64,000 bases of DNA from Scyliorhinus canicula (taxonomy: Eukaryota). The stretch covers positions 83,303,830 through 83,367,829 of the forward strand of contig NC_052164.1 of NCBI RefSeq assembly GCF_902713615.1. Direction: 5' to 3'. Below, piece by piece: positions 48,886 through 60,041 of the stretch. The translations under genes and the position numbers were made by a program. How positions within the stretch are numbered: position 1 is the first letter of the stretch; each line of letters starts with the position of its first letter. Under the pieces are notes generated by a model. That model searched no databases and was not told the DNA's origin. It saw only the letters and a program-made list of their open reading frames with translations.

Positions 48886-49309
48886 ATTTCATGAGAGGAA
48901 AAGTGTAAAGTACTTGCATTTATGTCAGCTGCCAGAGTATTTTGATGTGGAGTCACTGTTGCAATTTAAACACAGCAACCTCCCACGGACAGTAAATGTG
49001 ATAATGATCAGATTTAGTTTTGTAATGAAAGGGCATGAAGGATTTGGTTAAATGTTTGACTCATTAGAATAACAAAGGCTAATGGAAACTGAAGAAGATG
49101 AGTAGTACTTAGCATCGCAGACATTGTATAGGAAGGTCAAGTTGGTCTGGCGGTTTGGGCTGTTGGGGATCAACATCTACTGGCTATTCCTGTTGTACCC
49201 ATATCCCATAAAATAAAGTCTGAGATTAAGGAAATGAGCAATGGTGAAACTTTATAAATGTGGGTTCTAATCCTCTGAAAATGAAATTAAGGGATGGTAT
49301 GAATAACAT

Positions 49310-49781
49310 CAGGGGTGGGCAAACTTTTCCGTGCAAAGGCCACATTCAGAAATTCACCATTTTAAAGGGCCGCATAGTATATTAAGCAAAATAATTCATG
49401 TTTAAAATAGCCAAAATAAAAGGTTTTTAAAGGGAAAAAAAGCAATTAATTTTTATTAATTAATATTTTAAAGTAGAAACTTTACATGAAACACATTTAT
49501 TTGAAAAACAAAGTAACTCAGTTTAAAGAAAAAAAAGCAATTAATTTTTATTAATTGATATTTTAAAGTAGAAACTTCACATGAAACACATGTTGTGCCG
49601 AGCAATGATCACCCTACTCAAGTCAACGTATCCACCCTATACCAGTAACCCAACAGCCCATTGACCTTAAAATTATTATTTTTTTAAATTTTAATTTTTA
49701 ATTTTTTTTATGACTTGATCTTGGTGGGCGGCATAAAGACCTTTGGTGGGCCGCATGCGGGCCGTAGTTTGCCCACCCCTG
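49310..49781. mobile_element. Non-autonomous hAT DNA transposon (MITE) in ANAPC13 intron 1
   Basis: 16-bp TIRs CAGGGGTGGGCAAACT / AGTTTGCCCACCCCTG; perfect 8-bp TSD AATAACAT (49302-49309 and 49782-49789). Confidence 0.93.
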
Positions 49782-49854
49782 AATAACATGATCAAAGTGA
49801 AGTTGACTATCAGGGAATAATTCTTCAATTGACATGAGAATTTGAACAAGATTA

Positions 49855-50173
49855 GGGCAGCAGGGTAGCATGGTGGTTAGCATAAATGCTTCACAGCTCC
49901 AGGGTCCCAGGTTCGATTCCCGGTTGGGTCACTGTCTGTGTGGAGTCTGCACGTCCTCCCCCTGTATGCGTGGGTTTCCTCCGGGTGCTCCGGTTTCCTC
50001 CCACAGTCCAAAGATGTGCGGGTTAGGTGGATTGGCCATGATAAATTGCCCGTAGGGGGGGTTGTTGGGTTACGGGTATAGGGTGGATACGTGGGTTTGA
50101 CTAGGGTGATCATGGCTCGGCACAACATTGAGGGCCGAAGGGCCTGTTCTGTGCTGTACTGTTCTATGTTCTA
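49855..50173 (+). mobile_element. Young HE1-like V-SINE
   Basis: Head, V domain and LINE-like tail all intact. Confidence 0.9.
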
Positions 50174-50689
50174 TTACATCATAGAATTCAAGTGAACTCA
50201 AATTGTGAATACACTATAGATGCAAAATAAATTGAATTTTACTTTAATGGGAAGTAGATAATCATGAAGATGTGCAGGTTCTCCCCGTGTTTGCATGGGT
50301 TTTGCCCCCACAACCCAAAGATGGGCACACTAGGTGGATTGGCCATGCTAAAATTGGCCCTTAATTGGAAAAATGAATTGGGCCCTCTAAATTAAAAAAA
50401 AAGAATCAAGAAGATTGTGAAAATTAAGGGTCTCGAGAGTAAGTAGTGAGGTGGCTTTGCAGATTCAATGGGCTGAATGACCTAGTCTTCCTTTGACAAA
50501 CCTTCTGTTTGCCATACAGCGCCACTAGAATTAACTCAGCACATCCTAACCACCCATTGAGCTAACTGAAAAAGAAACATATCCTGGTGTATGCACTGGG
50601 AAATAATGACAGCTACAAGCTTTTTTTTAAATAGATGCATACTAAAAGATAGGAAATTGGATTTAATAATAATTGTTGTTGTAATTACT

Positions 50690-51075
50690 AATTATATAGC
50701 ACCTTTCGCAACCTCAGGATCTTGCAATGCACGTTGTAGCCAATGAAGTACATTTGAAGTATAGTCATTTATATACAGCAATCTCTCCCAAGCTGCAACA
50801 TGATGATGACTAGATAATCTTTTTTTGTGATGTATTAGATAGATTGTTGAGTGGAACGCTGGAGGTCACTCCGCGGCTGCTCTTTGAAATAATGCCAAGG
50901 AATCTTTTACGGACACTTTATGGGAGAAATGGGGCATTGGTTTAATGTCTAATCCAAATTACAGGAGATCCCACAGTGCTAGATTTTCAGTCCAAGTTTT
51001 TGAGCTCCAGATCTAGAGTGGAACTCAAACCCACAACCTTCTGACCCATGAGAGTGCTATCAACTGAGCCATAGT
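50690..51075 (-). mobile_element. Old Deu-domain SINE (SacSINE1/AmnSINE-like)
   Basis: Decayed Deu core CTGCTCTTTGAAATAATGCCAAGGAATCTTTTAC...GGTTTAATGTCTAATCC plus a tRNA-like end. Confidence 0.6.
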
Positions 51076-51258
51076 TGGAAAAAAAAAACAGATTGGGCAA
51101 ATTATTTCCTATTGATATTTTTCAGTCAAGGAATTAAGAAGCCAGCAGCACCAAAAAATAATAATGGGAGAATAACTTATACACATTCTCTGCATTTGCT
51201 AATTTCCTCGTTTTTCTGGATGTGTTTGTGTAAAGTCTACAGCACCAACAGAGGATAA

Positions 51259-51357
51259 ATGGACAGTGAAGTACAAAGAGACGGCAGAATTCTGGACCTT
51301 ATAGATGATGCATGGCGTGAGGACAAACTGCCATATGAAGATGTGGAAATACCTCTT
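51259..51357 (+). CDS. ANAPC13: ANAPC13 (APC/C subunit 13), first coding exon
   Basis: MDSEVQRDGRILDLIDDAWREDKLPYEDVEIPL then CTT|gtatgt donor; candidate acceptors at ~51235 and ~51242. Confidence 0.96.
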
Positions 51358-52486
51358 GTATGTACAAAGTTGATATAAATACTTGCATTTATTTAGAGCC
51401 TTAAAATGCTGTAAGGTGCATCATAATTACTTTTGGAGAGCAGCAACTATTAATATATGTCAGACAGATATGGCAAAATGAAAACAAGTGACTCAAATAG
51501 ACCTATCCAGTCGTTTTTGTGCTAATTCCAGATGCCTTTTTGTAGCATTGCTATTGTGATAGAAACCCAACTTAGAATACTGTAAGTACACTGTACAGGA
51601 GGATGGCATGGTGACGCAGTGGTTAGCACTGCTGCCTCACAGTGCCGAGGACCGGGGTTCGATCCCAGCCTCTGGTTACTGTCTGTGTGGAGTTGTCACA
51701 TTCCCCCCTGTCTGTGGGTCTCACCCCCATAACCCAAAGATGTGCAGGCCAGATGGATTGGCCATGCTAAATTACCCCTTAATTCAAATTATTTTTTAAA
51801 AAAATACATAATAAATATAAAAATTCAGTTTCTAGGAGTTCCACAATTCTAGGCTAAACAATGGAATAATTTTGGAAGAATTTAGCTGTATACACCAAGA
51901 CAGTACACTAAGTTGTACTCACAAAGACAGCACACGCTAGAGCAGTGTTATATCACTCAACATCCAATACCCTGCGGAAAGTGGACAGCAACCATAGTTC
52001 CTACTGCAGTTGCTATCGTGTGCGTATGTATATATATGTGAATGAATGAATGAAGATTAGGGTGACATTTATCTACGCTTCAACTGTGATATCTTCAATT
52101 ATAAATAGCTTATAGACATTTACTGTGGAGAGTCCTGGGTGAGGTACCAGATATCTATCACGTGAACAGTACTTCAGCGGATGCCAGCATCTTCAGGAGA
52201 ATGACAGGAGGGAGGAATGTGAGGGGACTGGGGTTGGGGGAGAGACCTAGAGCACTTTAGTTAGTAGAATTAAGGAGAGCTAGGGTGGCAAAAACATTTT
52301 TTTAATGGGCCTGTGCTGTTGCAAGTAATTGTTATTGTGTAGAAGCTGGTAATTAAAACCACATACTACTCCAAAAGAAGTCGAGGTAAGCAAGCTTTAC
52401 TTGTTGAGGGGCTTAATATTTCTTAATAATACATCTTAATAATTCCACTTGTCCTAATAATTCCTTTCTTTATTTGCCTTTCGCAG

Positions 52487-52612
52487 AGTGAACTTCCAGA
52501 GCCTGAACAGGATAATGGAGGAACGACTGAATCTATTAATGAACAAGATATGAAATGGACTGACCTGGCCTTGCAAAACCTGCATGAAAACACTCCCTCT
52601 GCAGGAAGCTAA
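52487..52612 (+). CDS. ANAPC13: ANAPC13 last coding exon
   Basis: tttcgcag| acceptor; SELPEPEQDNGGTTESINEQDMKWTDLALQNLHENTPSAGS*; total protein 74 aa. Confidence 0.96.
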   Translation, partial: SELPEPEQDNGGTTESINEQDMKWTDLALQNLHENTPSAGS

Positions 52613-52892
52613 CTTCTGACATCATCACTACCAAAATTACAGCAAGACTTATTTCCATATTGGTAAATAAGCCAGGTGCATTACAGCCTCAGAATTTATT
52701 TTCAAATGAAGATGTACTTTAAGCCATTGTGTCCATACCATTGCAAATGTGACAATTCAAAACTATAAACCTGACAAACTCCGTGGAAATTACCATGAGC
52801 AAGTCTGTGCAAATTGAAAGTGTGCACATACTTACGTGGTAAATTTTAGTCCCGTTGATTTTACTATTCAAAGAAATAGTTTGTTTTCATTG

Positions 52893-52898
52893 AATAAA
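52893..52898 (+). terminator. Likely ANAPC13 polyadenylation signal
   Basis: First AATAAA seen after the stop codon, ~280 nt downstream. Confidence 0.55.
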
Positions 52899-53572
52899 AT
52901 CATTGGAAAATAGCCTACAAGAAGCAGTGCCGTGATGTGAAATTAATTCCCACAAGTAACTGAACGTTACTCTATTGTTGCAACAGGATTTCTGACGCTA
53001 CACAGTCCTGCCACAACTCATTTCATGTGTTATTTATAAATTCAATGTTATAACTAAAAGTATGAACACACTCTTACTAGCGTATTAGCCTAAACTTCAT
53101 AATTCTTTGCAATCTTATTGCCGGAACACATTTAACTTTAACACTTCATATCAGCAAATTGAATCTGGTTCCAAATTGTGTGGCGAAATGCCCATGATAC
53201 ATGTTTTTGAGCATATACTTGAGCACAATGAGACTTTCAACCAAATTAATGTTGCACTCAAAGGTATCTTAAGTGATACCAGTTGTGTATGAGTGTTAGA
53301 TTCTCAGTTTTACAAAATTTGTGTTGGATTTTGGGTTGCATGCAGTTGCAATTAAAAGAAGTGAATGGATGTCTTACAGATTTGACTCCATGTTGTTAAA
53401 ACTACAAAAAAACGAATTGGCTGATTTCCAGATTGGTAAATATGGAATCATTTGTTATAAGAACTAGGAGCAACAGTAGGCCATCTGGCCGGTTATCAAT
53501 TTATAACACTAAATATAGAGTTTGAGTGCATTGTAAAAATAAAGTCATTCATGAATTGTGACAGCTATCAAT

Positions 53573-53746
53573 AGGGAATATTTAGCACAGGGCTAAATCG
53601 CTGGCTTTGAAAGCAGGCCAGCAGCACGGTTCGATTCCCGTTACAGCCTTCCCGAACAGGCGCTGCAATGTGGCGACTAGGGGCTTTTCACAGTAACTTC
53701 ATTTGAAGCCTACTTGTGACAATAAGCAATTTTCATTTCATTTCAT
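53573..53746 (+). mobile_element. Short tRNA-derived SINE with (TTTCA)n tail
   Basis: TTTAGCACAGGGCTAAA...GGTTCGATTCCC...GGCGACTAGGGGCTTTTCACAGTAAC. Siblings at 4584-4750(-) and the split copy 22524-22656 + 24091-24136(+). Confidence 0.8.
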
Positions 53747-54719
53747 AATTCATTGGCTAAATGCAATGTGTACAAGATGAAATAATTAGATGTGCATTAG
53801 AGGAAACTTATTAATTTATGCAATAGCACTTTTTAGTTTCCTGGTGTATATTTATAATGCAGATGGGGTGAGGTGGGTGAGAAAAATACAGGGCTGGAAT
53901 TTGTATCCTGTTAAAGAGTATTTGCATTCCCGGTTTATATTGCATTATATTAGCACCACAATTTTCTGGATTGTCGATCATTCTTCAATGTAGCAATATC
54001 AATGTACCTCTTGCATTGATTATACAGTCAATGGCTTACCCTCCAAATAAACCACAGGGTACAATAAAACCCTGAGAACAGATATCAGAACTCAGATTGA
54101 TGTGTGGCACTGGGCAGGTAAGTGAGCTGCAACTTCTGAAAATCACATTAATTCAACTTAAAAATGTTAACCACAATTTACTCAAAGGCTGTATAAAGTA
54201 ATCTTCCTGAAACATCTCCTTTTCCACAGGAATGTCACAGGATAATTTCAAGCAACAGTCAAATTTGGGCAGAAGCATGGACCTTCATACCCTATTGGAT
54301 GAAGTGGAGTGTCACCAAGAACTTCAGCATCGGATCACATCGTGTTTTCCATATTGTACACTGATTCTAAAGCTGGCTATGTAATCTGAGGGGGTCTGCA
54401 TTCTGCACCGACGTAACATTTCAATCCAGCTTCTCATACAGGCATAAGCTCACTGGGGCAGCAACTGAGAAGAAGGATGGTTTGAAAAGTAGGAGACCGA
54501 GTACTGCAGAGGAGTGAAAGACACTTCTATCCCCAGGCTGCACCTTGATGTGCTGAAATGGAGATGCTTGACTGTCCTTCATAGGAGCTCTGCATCCTTA
54601 GCAATTCCTGTTGCACAAGGATGTATCCTACTCCCTTACGGCAACAGCTGTGAAGCTCCACCCTCTACCGTGGAACGTGAGAGATGGGAGATATAACCCA
54701 CAGTCTGAGTCAACCTTTC

Positions 54720-55230
54720 GAGGACCACAGGGAGAGTACCTGTGACCTATTGTTAATCAAGTGCCAGGTGACTTTGGTGGACCATATACAGGCAGGAGGT
54801 TGCGCAGAGTGTTCCCTTGATTGCTGAGTGCCTGTATATGACATCCCCCCCCCCCCCCCCCCTCCCTTTTAACGTACCTTTTTTTGAAGGTGCCCCATTG
54901 CATACAGAATCTACCTACTGCTCCCCCTCTGGACCCAAGGAACTCTTCAGACTGCATAATGTGTTATTAAAAAGACAATTATGCCCCCCTTTTTTGATTG
55001 ACTACCTCAAAGCAGTGTCAACTGACGTTGGTCTTTAATTCTTTAGCCGCCTTCCTTATTGTACCTGTTTTACTGCTTGACTACTGCTGAAAGTGAACGG
55101 ATGTGCACTTTGCCTAATACCTGCTTTTAAAATTGTTCAGATTTTAGTTATTGTTTTGTATTGATAGGAATTTCCTTTCGTTTAACTTTTTTGCCCTGCT
55201 GTATTGAATAAAAGTTCAATTATTTTAAAA
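54720..55230 (+). mobile_element. Tx1/L1 3' end fragment
   Basis: Resembles the 3' region of the L1 at 36-37 kb; T-rich 3' UTR ending AATAAAA...AAAA. Confidence 0.5.
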
Positions 55231-55371
55231 ATATTGCCTGTCCTTTTTAATGCTCACAATGCCATGGGGATCACTTCATAGCAAAATTGTTCTGGACTTC
55301 CTGTCTTTCTACAATTTCCTACATTACAACAGTGATTATTTTAAGGCCTCCTGAGAATAAGGGAAGGTACC

Positions 55372-55987
55372 TGTCATGGAAGTGTTCCTTTTTAAAATGT
55401 TTTTGTCTTATCACAGGGCTTCAGTGATGTCATTGTGTGGGTGGAGCTGGGTTGTGGCTCTGGGAGTTGGTTTTACTTTTGCTTTGACTTTGAACTGGTT
55501 GAAAGAAGGTTTTTTTTTTTCTCTATCTGCATTTTAAAAGCTGTTACCAGACTGCTTGATAACTTGAAAAGAACTAACATTTCTGGAAGAAATTTAAACC
55601 TGTTTTGGAAAGGAAATCGGAGCATCCGTACCAGGTCTTGAGTGCCGTGTGCTGGGCCACCCCTTTGAAAAGGATTTTCTGGTTTATGGGATCTTGTTGT
55701 TAAATTGTAACAGTTAAAGGGGATTTATTAAGGGCTATACATAGATTACTGTAGCTGTGTGGGGTATTTGTTGGTAGTTGATAAAAATGGTTATTGGGTG
55801 TATTTATAAAAATGTTAACTAAATTTGTAGAATAAACCTTGTTTTTGATTAAAAGTTATTAAGGCCTCTGTTGAATAACACCGGAAAGATGGTCCCTTGT
55901 GCTCATTGTAATCAAAATCAATAAACAGTTGTAGGTAGGTGAACTCCATGATATACTTTGGAGTTTTCTAAACCCTGGCCCATAACA
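55372..55987 (+). mobile_element. Solo LTR (probably Gypsy)
   Basis: TGTCAT...ATAACA termini, AATAAA at ~55831, imperfect 4-bp TSD tacc/cacc. Confidence 0.65.
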
Positions 55988-56332
55988 CACCAAATCTCTC
56001 TTCCTGGCTGCCTCCAATCCTCTGATGGAACTTTGGCGGATGTTCAAACCAGAGCTATTAGCTGTTGTTTAGACAACAGAAACCCATCCACCAGGAGACA
56101 ACCACTCCATAGACTCAGGTACAGGCAGGTTGAGGCCCTCCAGTTACTTGGACATTTCATCTTCCTGCAGATTGGAAAAGTGGCTGCGATTTTCTGGGCC
56201 TGTTCGCTGTGGGCGCAAATCCAATTATGGCCACTGACTCTCATGAGAGGGCCATAATGGGATTTGCAGGGGCGAGATCTCTAAATTTGAGATTTTCCCC
56301 GCCGGCAACATAATCGAGTTCATGCCCAGCAA

Positions 56333-56676
56333 GGGCAGCAGGGTAGCATGGTGGTTAGCATAAATGCTTCACAGCTCCAGGGTCCCAGGTTCGATTCCCG
56401 GCTGGGTCACTGTCTGTGTGGAGTCTGCACGTCCTCCCCCTGTGTGCGTGGGTTTCCTCCGGGTGCTCCGGTTTCCTCCCACAGTCCAAAGATGTGCGGG
56501 TTAGGTGGATTGGCCATGCTAAATTGCCCGTAGTGTCCTAATAAAAGTAAGGTTAAGGGGGGGGTTGTTGGGTTACGGGTATAGGGTGGATACGTGGGTT
56601 TGAGTAGGGTGATCATGGCTCGGCACAACATTGAGGGCCGAAGGGCCTGTTCTGTGCTGTACTGTTCTATGTTCTA
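56333..56676 (+). mobile_element. Young HE1-like V-SINE
   Basis: Head, V domain and tail intact; possible AAGGGC TSD. Confidence 0.9.
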
Positions 56677-57217
56677 AGGGCGTGAACCTGATCACCATGA
56701 AATTGACTAACTTTAAATATTCTTAAATGGCTTAATGTCAACGGGAATCACTGCTGCTGTCCAAAACAAAAAACAGTTGTGATGAACATACTGGTGGCTC
56801 AGAGGTGATGAGGGACATAGTTGGGCAGTGCCCTGGCACTGCCAACTTGGCAGGGCCTCCAGGGAACACCATTGGCAGATGATGCCGATACTAGTGATGA
56901 TGTGGAGGAGGGGGTGATGCCCTGATGCTGCTGATCCCAATGTCAGCGATGATTTGGGGAATGATACCCTGATACTGGCAACAGTGGGCAGGAAGGGGGA
57001 AGGTAGCCCTGATGCCTGTGGGGGGTTGACCCAAACAATGAGTGGTGGGGTACGGAGGCTGCCCCTCTGTCTTCTCGGGTTGTAGGTGTTCCCCTTGTCT
57101 GCCAGGAATCCAAATGGCTGTGGGGGAGGCGGAGCCTTTACTGTGACTTTAAGGTCAAGGTGCACTTTAAAAATGATGCCTGGATCTCCGAGAAACTAGG
57201 TTTGCCAGCTCTATCAT

Positions 57218-57254
<37 letters not shown>

Positions 57255-58188
57255 CCAGAATAACACCGCTGAGCACACGCCCTGCTTTTTTTTTTTTGCT
57301 AAAGTATCAAAAGATCTAGACTTAAAACCTGGTTATGTTTTGGGGAGAAACATCAGGTATTCGGTCAGTACCTGACACTGCTGTTTTTTAGGAAATTTCT
57401 GTCCAGTGTGGTTACACATCATTCCACCACAAGATTTGCCACTTTATCCAGCACTTGACAGTTCTTTCCCAGATCCTTGAGTGTGCACAGTTGTGCCGTA
57501 TCTGCTGCAACCTTGTTGATGTGGAATGGTGTTATCTGCCATGGTTTCAATGGATAAGCATTGCCTCCCAGAATCTATATGCCTCCTCAACCCCTTCTCC
57601 TGAGGTAAGTCAAGGATATTAAAGTGGAAAAGGACATCAGTGGCTTGAACACTTGCCCAATGCTCTGGGCGTCAGGTAATTGCACATGTCAGTCAGGTCA
57701 GGACATAGTTAAGCTGTGATGTCAGATAGACTGTCAATAACTGATGGTCTTCGAGACACACTCAGACTTGGGAAGCATACTGGAGGATGATCAATATAAA
57801 CTGAATCAGTATTTACAAAAGATAATTTTAAAAATTGGGTGAAATTTGTGTAAATTAATGTGTAAACTATTACGGTCCCATAATATTCAGACTACTCAAG
57901 AATGTAAAGATCCAACTTGCAATAATGTAACATAAATAGTTTCAAACAGTTTCCCTCTGTACCTTCATGGTAAATCAAGCTTGCAATTAAGACATTTTGG
58001 CAAAAGCTTTCCAACCAGAATTTGTATTGATAGACTAGTTATGATACACCTCAAGATTCATGTTTTCGGCCATTAAGCTTGTATCACCTTCAGGGTTAAC
58101 CCAGAACATACTGTTGGCCAACTGCCCAGGAAACCGGGAGTAAAAGTACAATACCGCAGATGCTGAAAATCTGAGATAAAAAGATCAA

Positions 58189-58741
58189 GGCCGGGGTTCT
58201 CTGAAAACGTGGCTAAGTGTTGACGCCGGCGTAAACACCAGCGTTTCATGCCGGCGTCAACGGGCCTTTTGGCTCAGCGATTTTGTTGCCTGCAGGGGGC
58301 CAGCACGCTGCCGGAGTGCTCTGTGCTGCTCCAGCTGCTGTGCATTGCCCTGCACTGCTCGCCGCGGGTTCGCGCATGCACGCGGTGGCCGCTTGCGCAC
58401 AGTGCCGCGCAACGTGGTGGTGCCACACAGCGGGCTGGCGCAGAAGGAAGCCCCCCCCCCCCCCGGATCACGCGTGCCTGCCGATCGGTGGCCCCGAAGT
58501 CATGGAGGTCCCCCCCCCCGGAGTCTGATCCCCCCAAGCCCCCACCAGGACAGCCACGTTGGCCGCGGGTCCGAGCTACCACCGGGTGCAACCATGTTAG
58601 AACAGTGGCAGGGGAACTCGGCCGGTTGACCACGGCCTCTTTCATCAGCCCCCGACCGGCGCTGCGTCATACCGGCGTCATGGGCCGTCTCGCCGTCATC
58701 TCCTATTCTCCGAGTCGGTGTGGACTCAGAGAGTACCGGCC
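58189..58741. mobile_element. GC/CpG-rich MITE (Harbinger-like) inserted in a Penelope remnant
   Basis: Imperfect TIRs GGCCGGGGTTCTCTGA / TCAGAGAGTACCGGCC; 3-bp TSD CAA; internal CGCCGGCG palindromes. Confidence 0.65.
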
Positions 58742-58796
58742 CAAGTCCTGGATAAACTCAACAGGTCTGGCAGCATCTGTGGAGAGACAAACAGAA

Positions 58797-59650
58797 TCAC
58801 AGAATACTACAGTACAAGAGAGGCCCTTTGGCCCATCGAGTCTGCGCCAACGCAGTAAAAAGGCCCTGACCTGCCCACCTAATCCCACTTTCCAGCACTT
58901 GGCCCATATCCTTGAATGTTATGTTGTGGCAAGCACTCATCCAGGTACGTTTTAAAGGATGTGAGGCTTCCCGCCTTTACCACCCTCTCAGGCACTGTAT
59001 TCCAGACCGTCACCACTCTCTGGGTAAAAAAGGTTTTCCTCAAATCCCACCAAACCTCCAACCTCTCACTTTGAACTTATGTCCCCTTGTTACTAACCCT
59101 TCAACTAAGGAACAGCTGTTACCCCTCATAATCTTGTACACCTCAATCAGGTCACCCCTCAGTCTTCTCTGCCCCAGAACAAACAACCCAATCCTATCCA
59201 ACCTCTTTATAACGTAAATGTTCCATCCCAGGCAACATCCTGGTGAATCTTCTCTGCACCCCCTCCAGTGCAATTGCACCCATTCTATAATGTGGCGACC
59301 AGAATTGCACACGGTACTCCAGCTGTGGCCTCACCAAAGTTCTATACAGCTCCATTATGACCTCCCTGCTTTTGTAATCTATGCCCCGATTGATAAAAGC
59401 AAGTGTCCCAAAAGTATTTTTCACCACCCTATTAACCTGCCCTTCTGCCTTCAGAAATCCAACGTGTATCACCTCACGCTTTTTAGGGTTAAATTCTACC
59501 TGTCACTTATCCGCCTATTTGACCATCCTGCCTATATCTTCCTGTAACCCAAGACACTCAACCTCACTCTTAACCACCCGGCCAATCTTAGTGTCATCCA
59601 CAAACCTACTGATCGTAGCCCCCACTTAGTCATCTATGTCATATATATAA
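58797..59650 (-). mobile_element. CR1 LINE 3' portion; continues at ~63096-63165 after the Penelope insertion
   Basis: LVRPQLEYRVQFWSP, LRGDLIEVYK, FFTQRVV and a CR1 3' tail. PVTSGIPQ...IYI on the right flank continues into ...DIDD...VDDTK on the left flank. Confidence 0.88.
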
Positions 59651-59732
59651 ATGATGTGGAGATGCCGGCGTTGGACTGGGGTGAGCACAGTAAGAAGTCT
59701 TACAACACCAGGTTAAAGTCCAACAGGTTTGT

Positions 59733-59903
59733 TTCAAACACGAGCTTTCGGAGCACGGCTCCTTCTTCAGGTGAATGGAAAGGCTTGTTCCAGAAATGTT
59801 TATATAGACACAGTAAGAAGTCTTACAACACCAGGTTAAAGTCCAACAGGTTTGTTTCAAACACGAGCTTTCGGAGCACGGCTCCTTCTTCAGGTGAATG
59901 GAA
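59733..59903 (-). ncRNA. Two tandem minimal hammerhead motifs (59733-59780 and 59856-59903)
   Basis: Same motif as 63004-63051, on the - strand, 123 bp apart. Confidence 0.8.
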
Positions 59904-60041
59904 AGGCTTGTTCCAGAAATGTTTATATAGACACAGTCAGAGATGCCCCGGAATGCGAGCACCTGCAGGCAATCAAATCATCAAAGATGCAGAGAGAGAG
60001 GTAACTCCAGGTTAAAGAGGTGTGAATTGTCCCAAGCCAGT

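Noticed and set aside
35332-56533. Recurrent ~61-aa ORFs 'MVVSINASQLQGPRFDSRLGHCLCGVC...' as a small gene family
   Set aside because: They are translations of HE1 SINE copies.
3207-56676. tRNA genes suggested by GGTTCGATTCC B boxes
   Set aside because: All are SINE heads followed by V-domain or LINE tails; no complete cloverleaf.
58246-58955. 235-aa and 123-aa ORFs / possible CpG-island promoter
   Set aside because: They lie within a TIR-bounded GC-rich MITE; no recognisable protein or splice structure.
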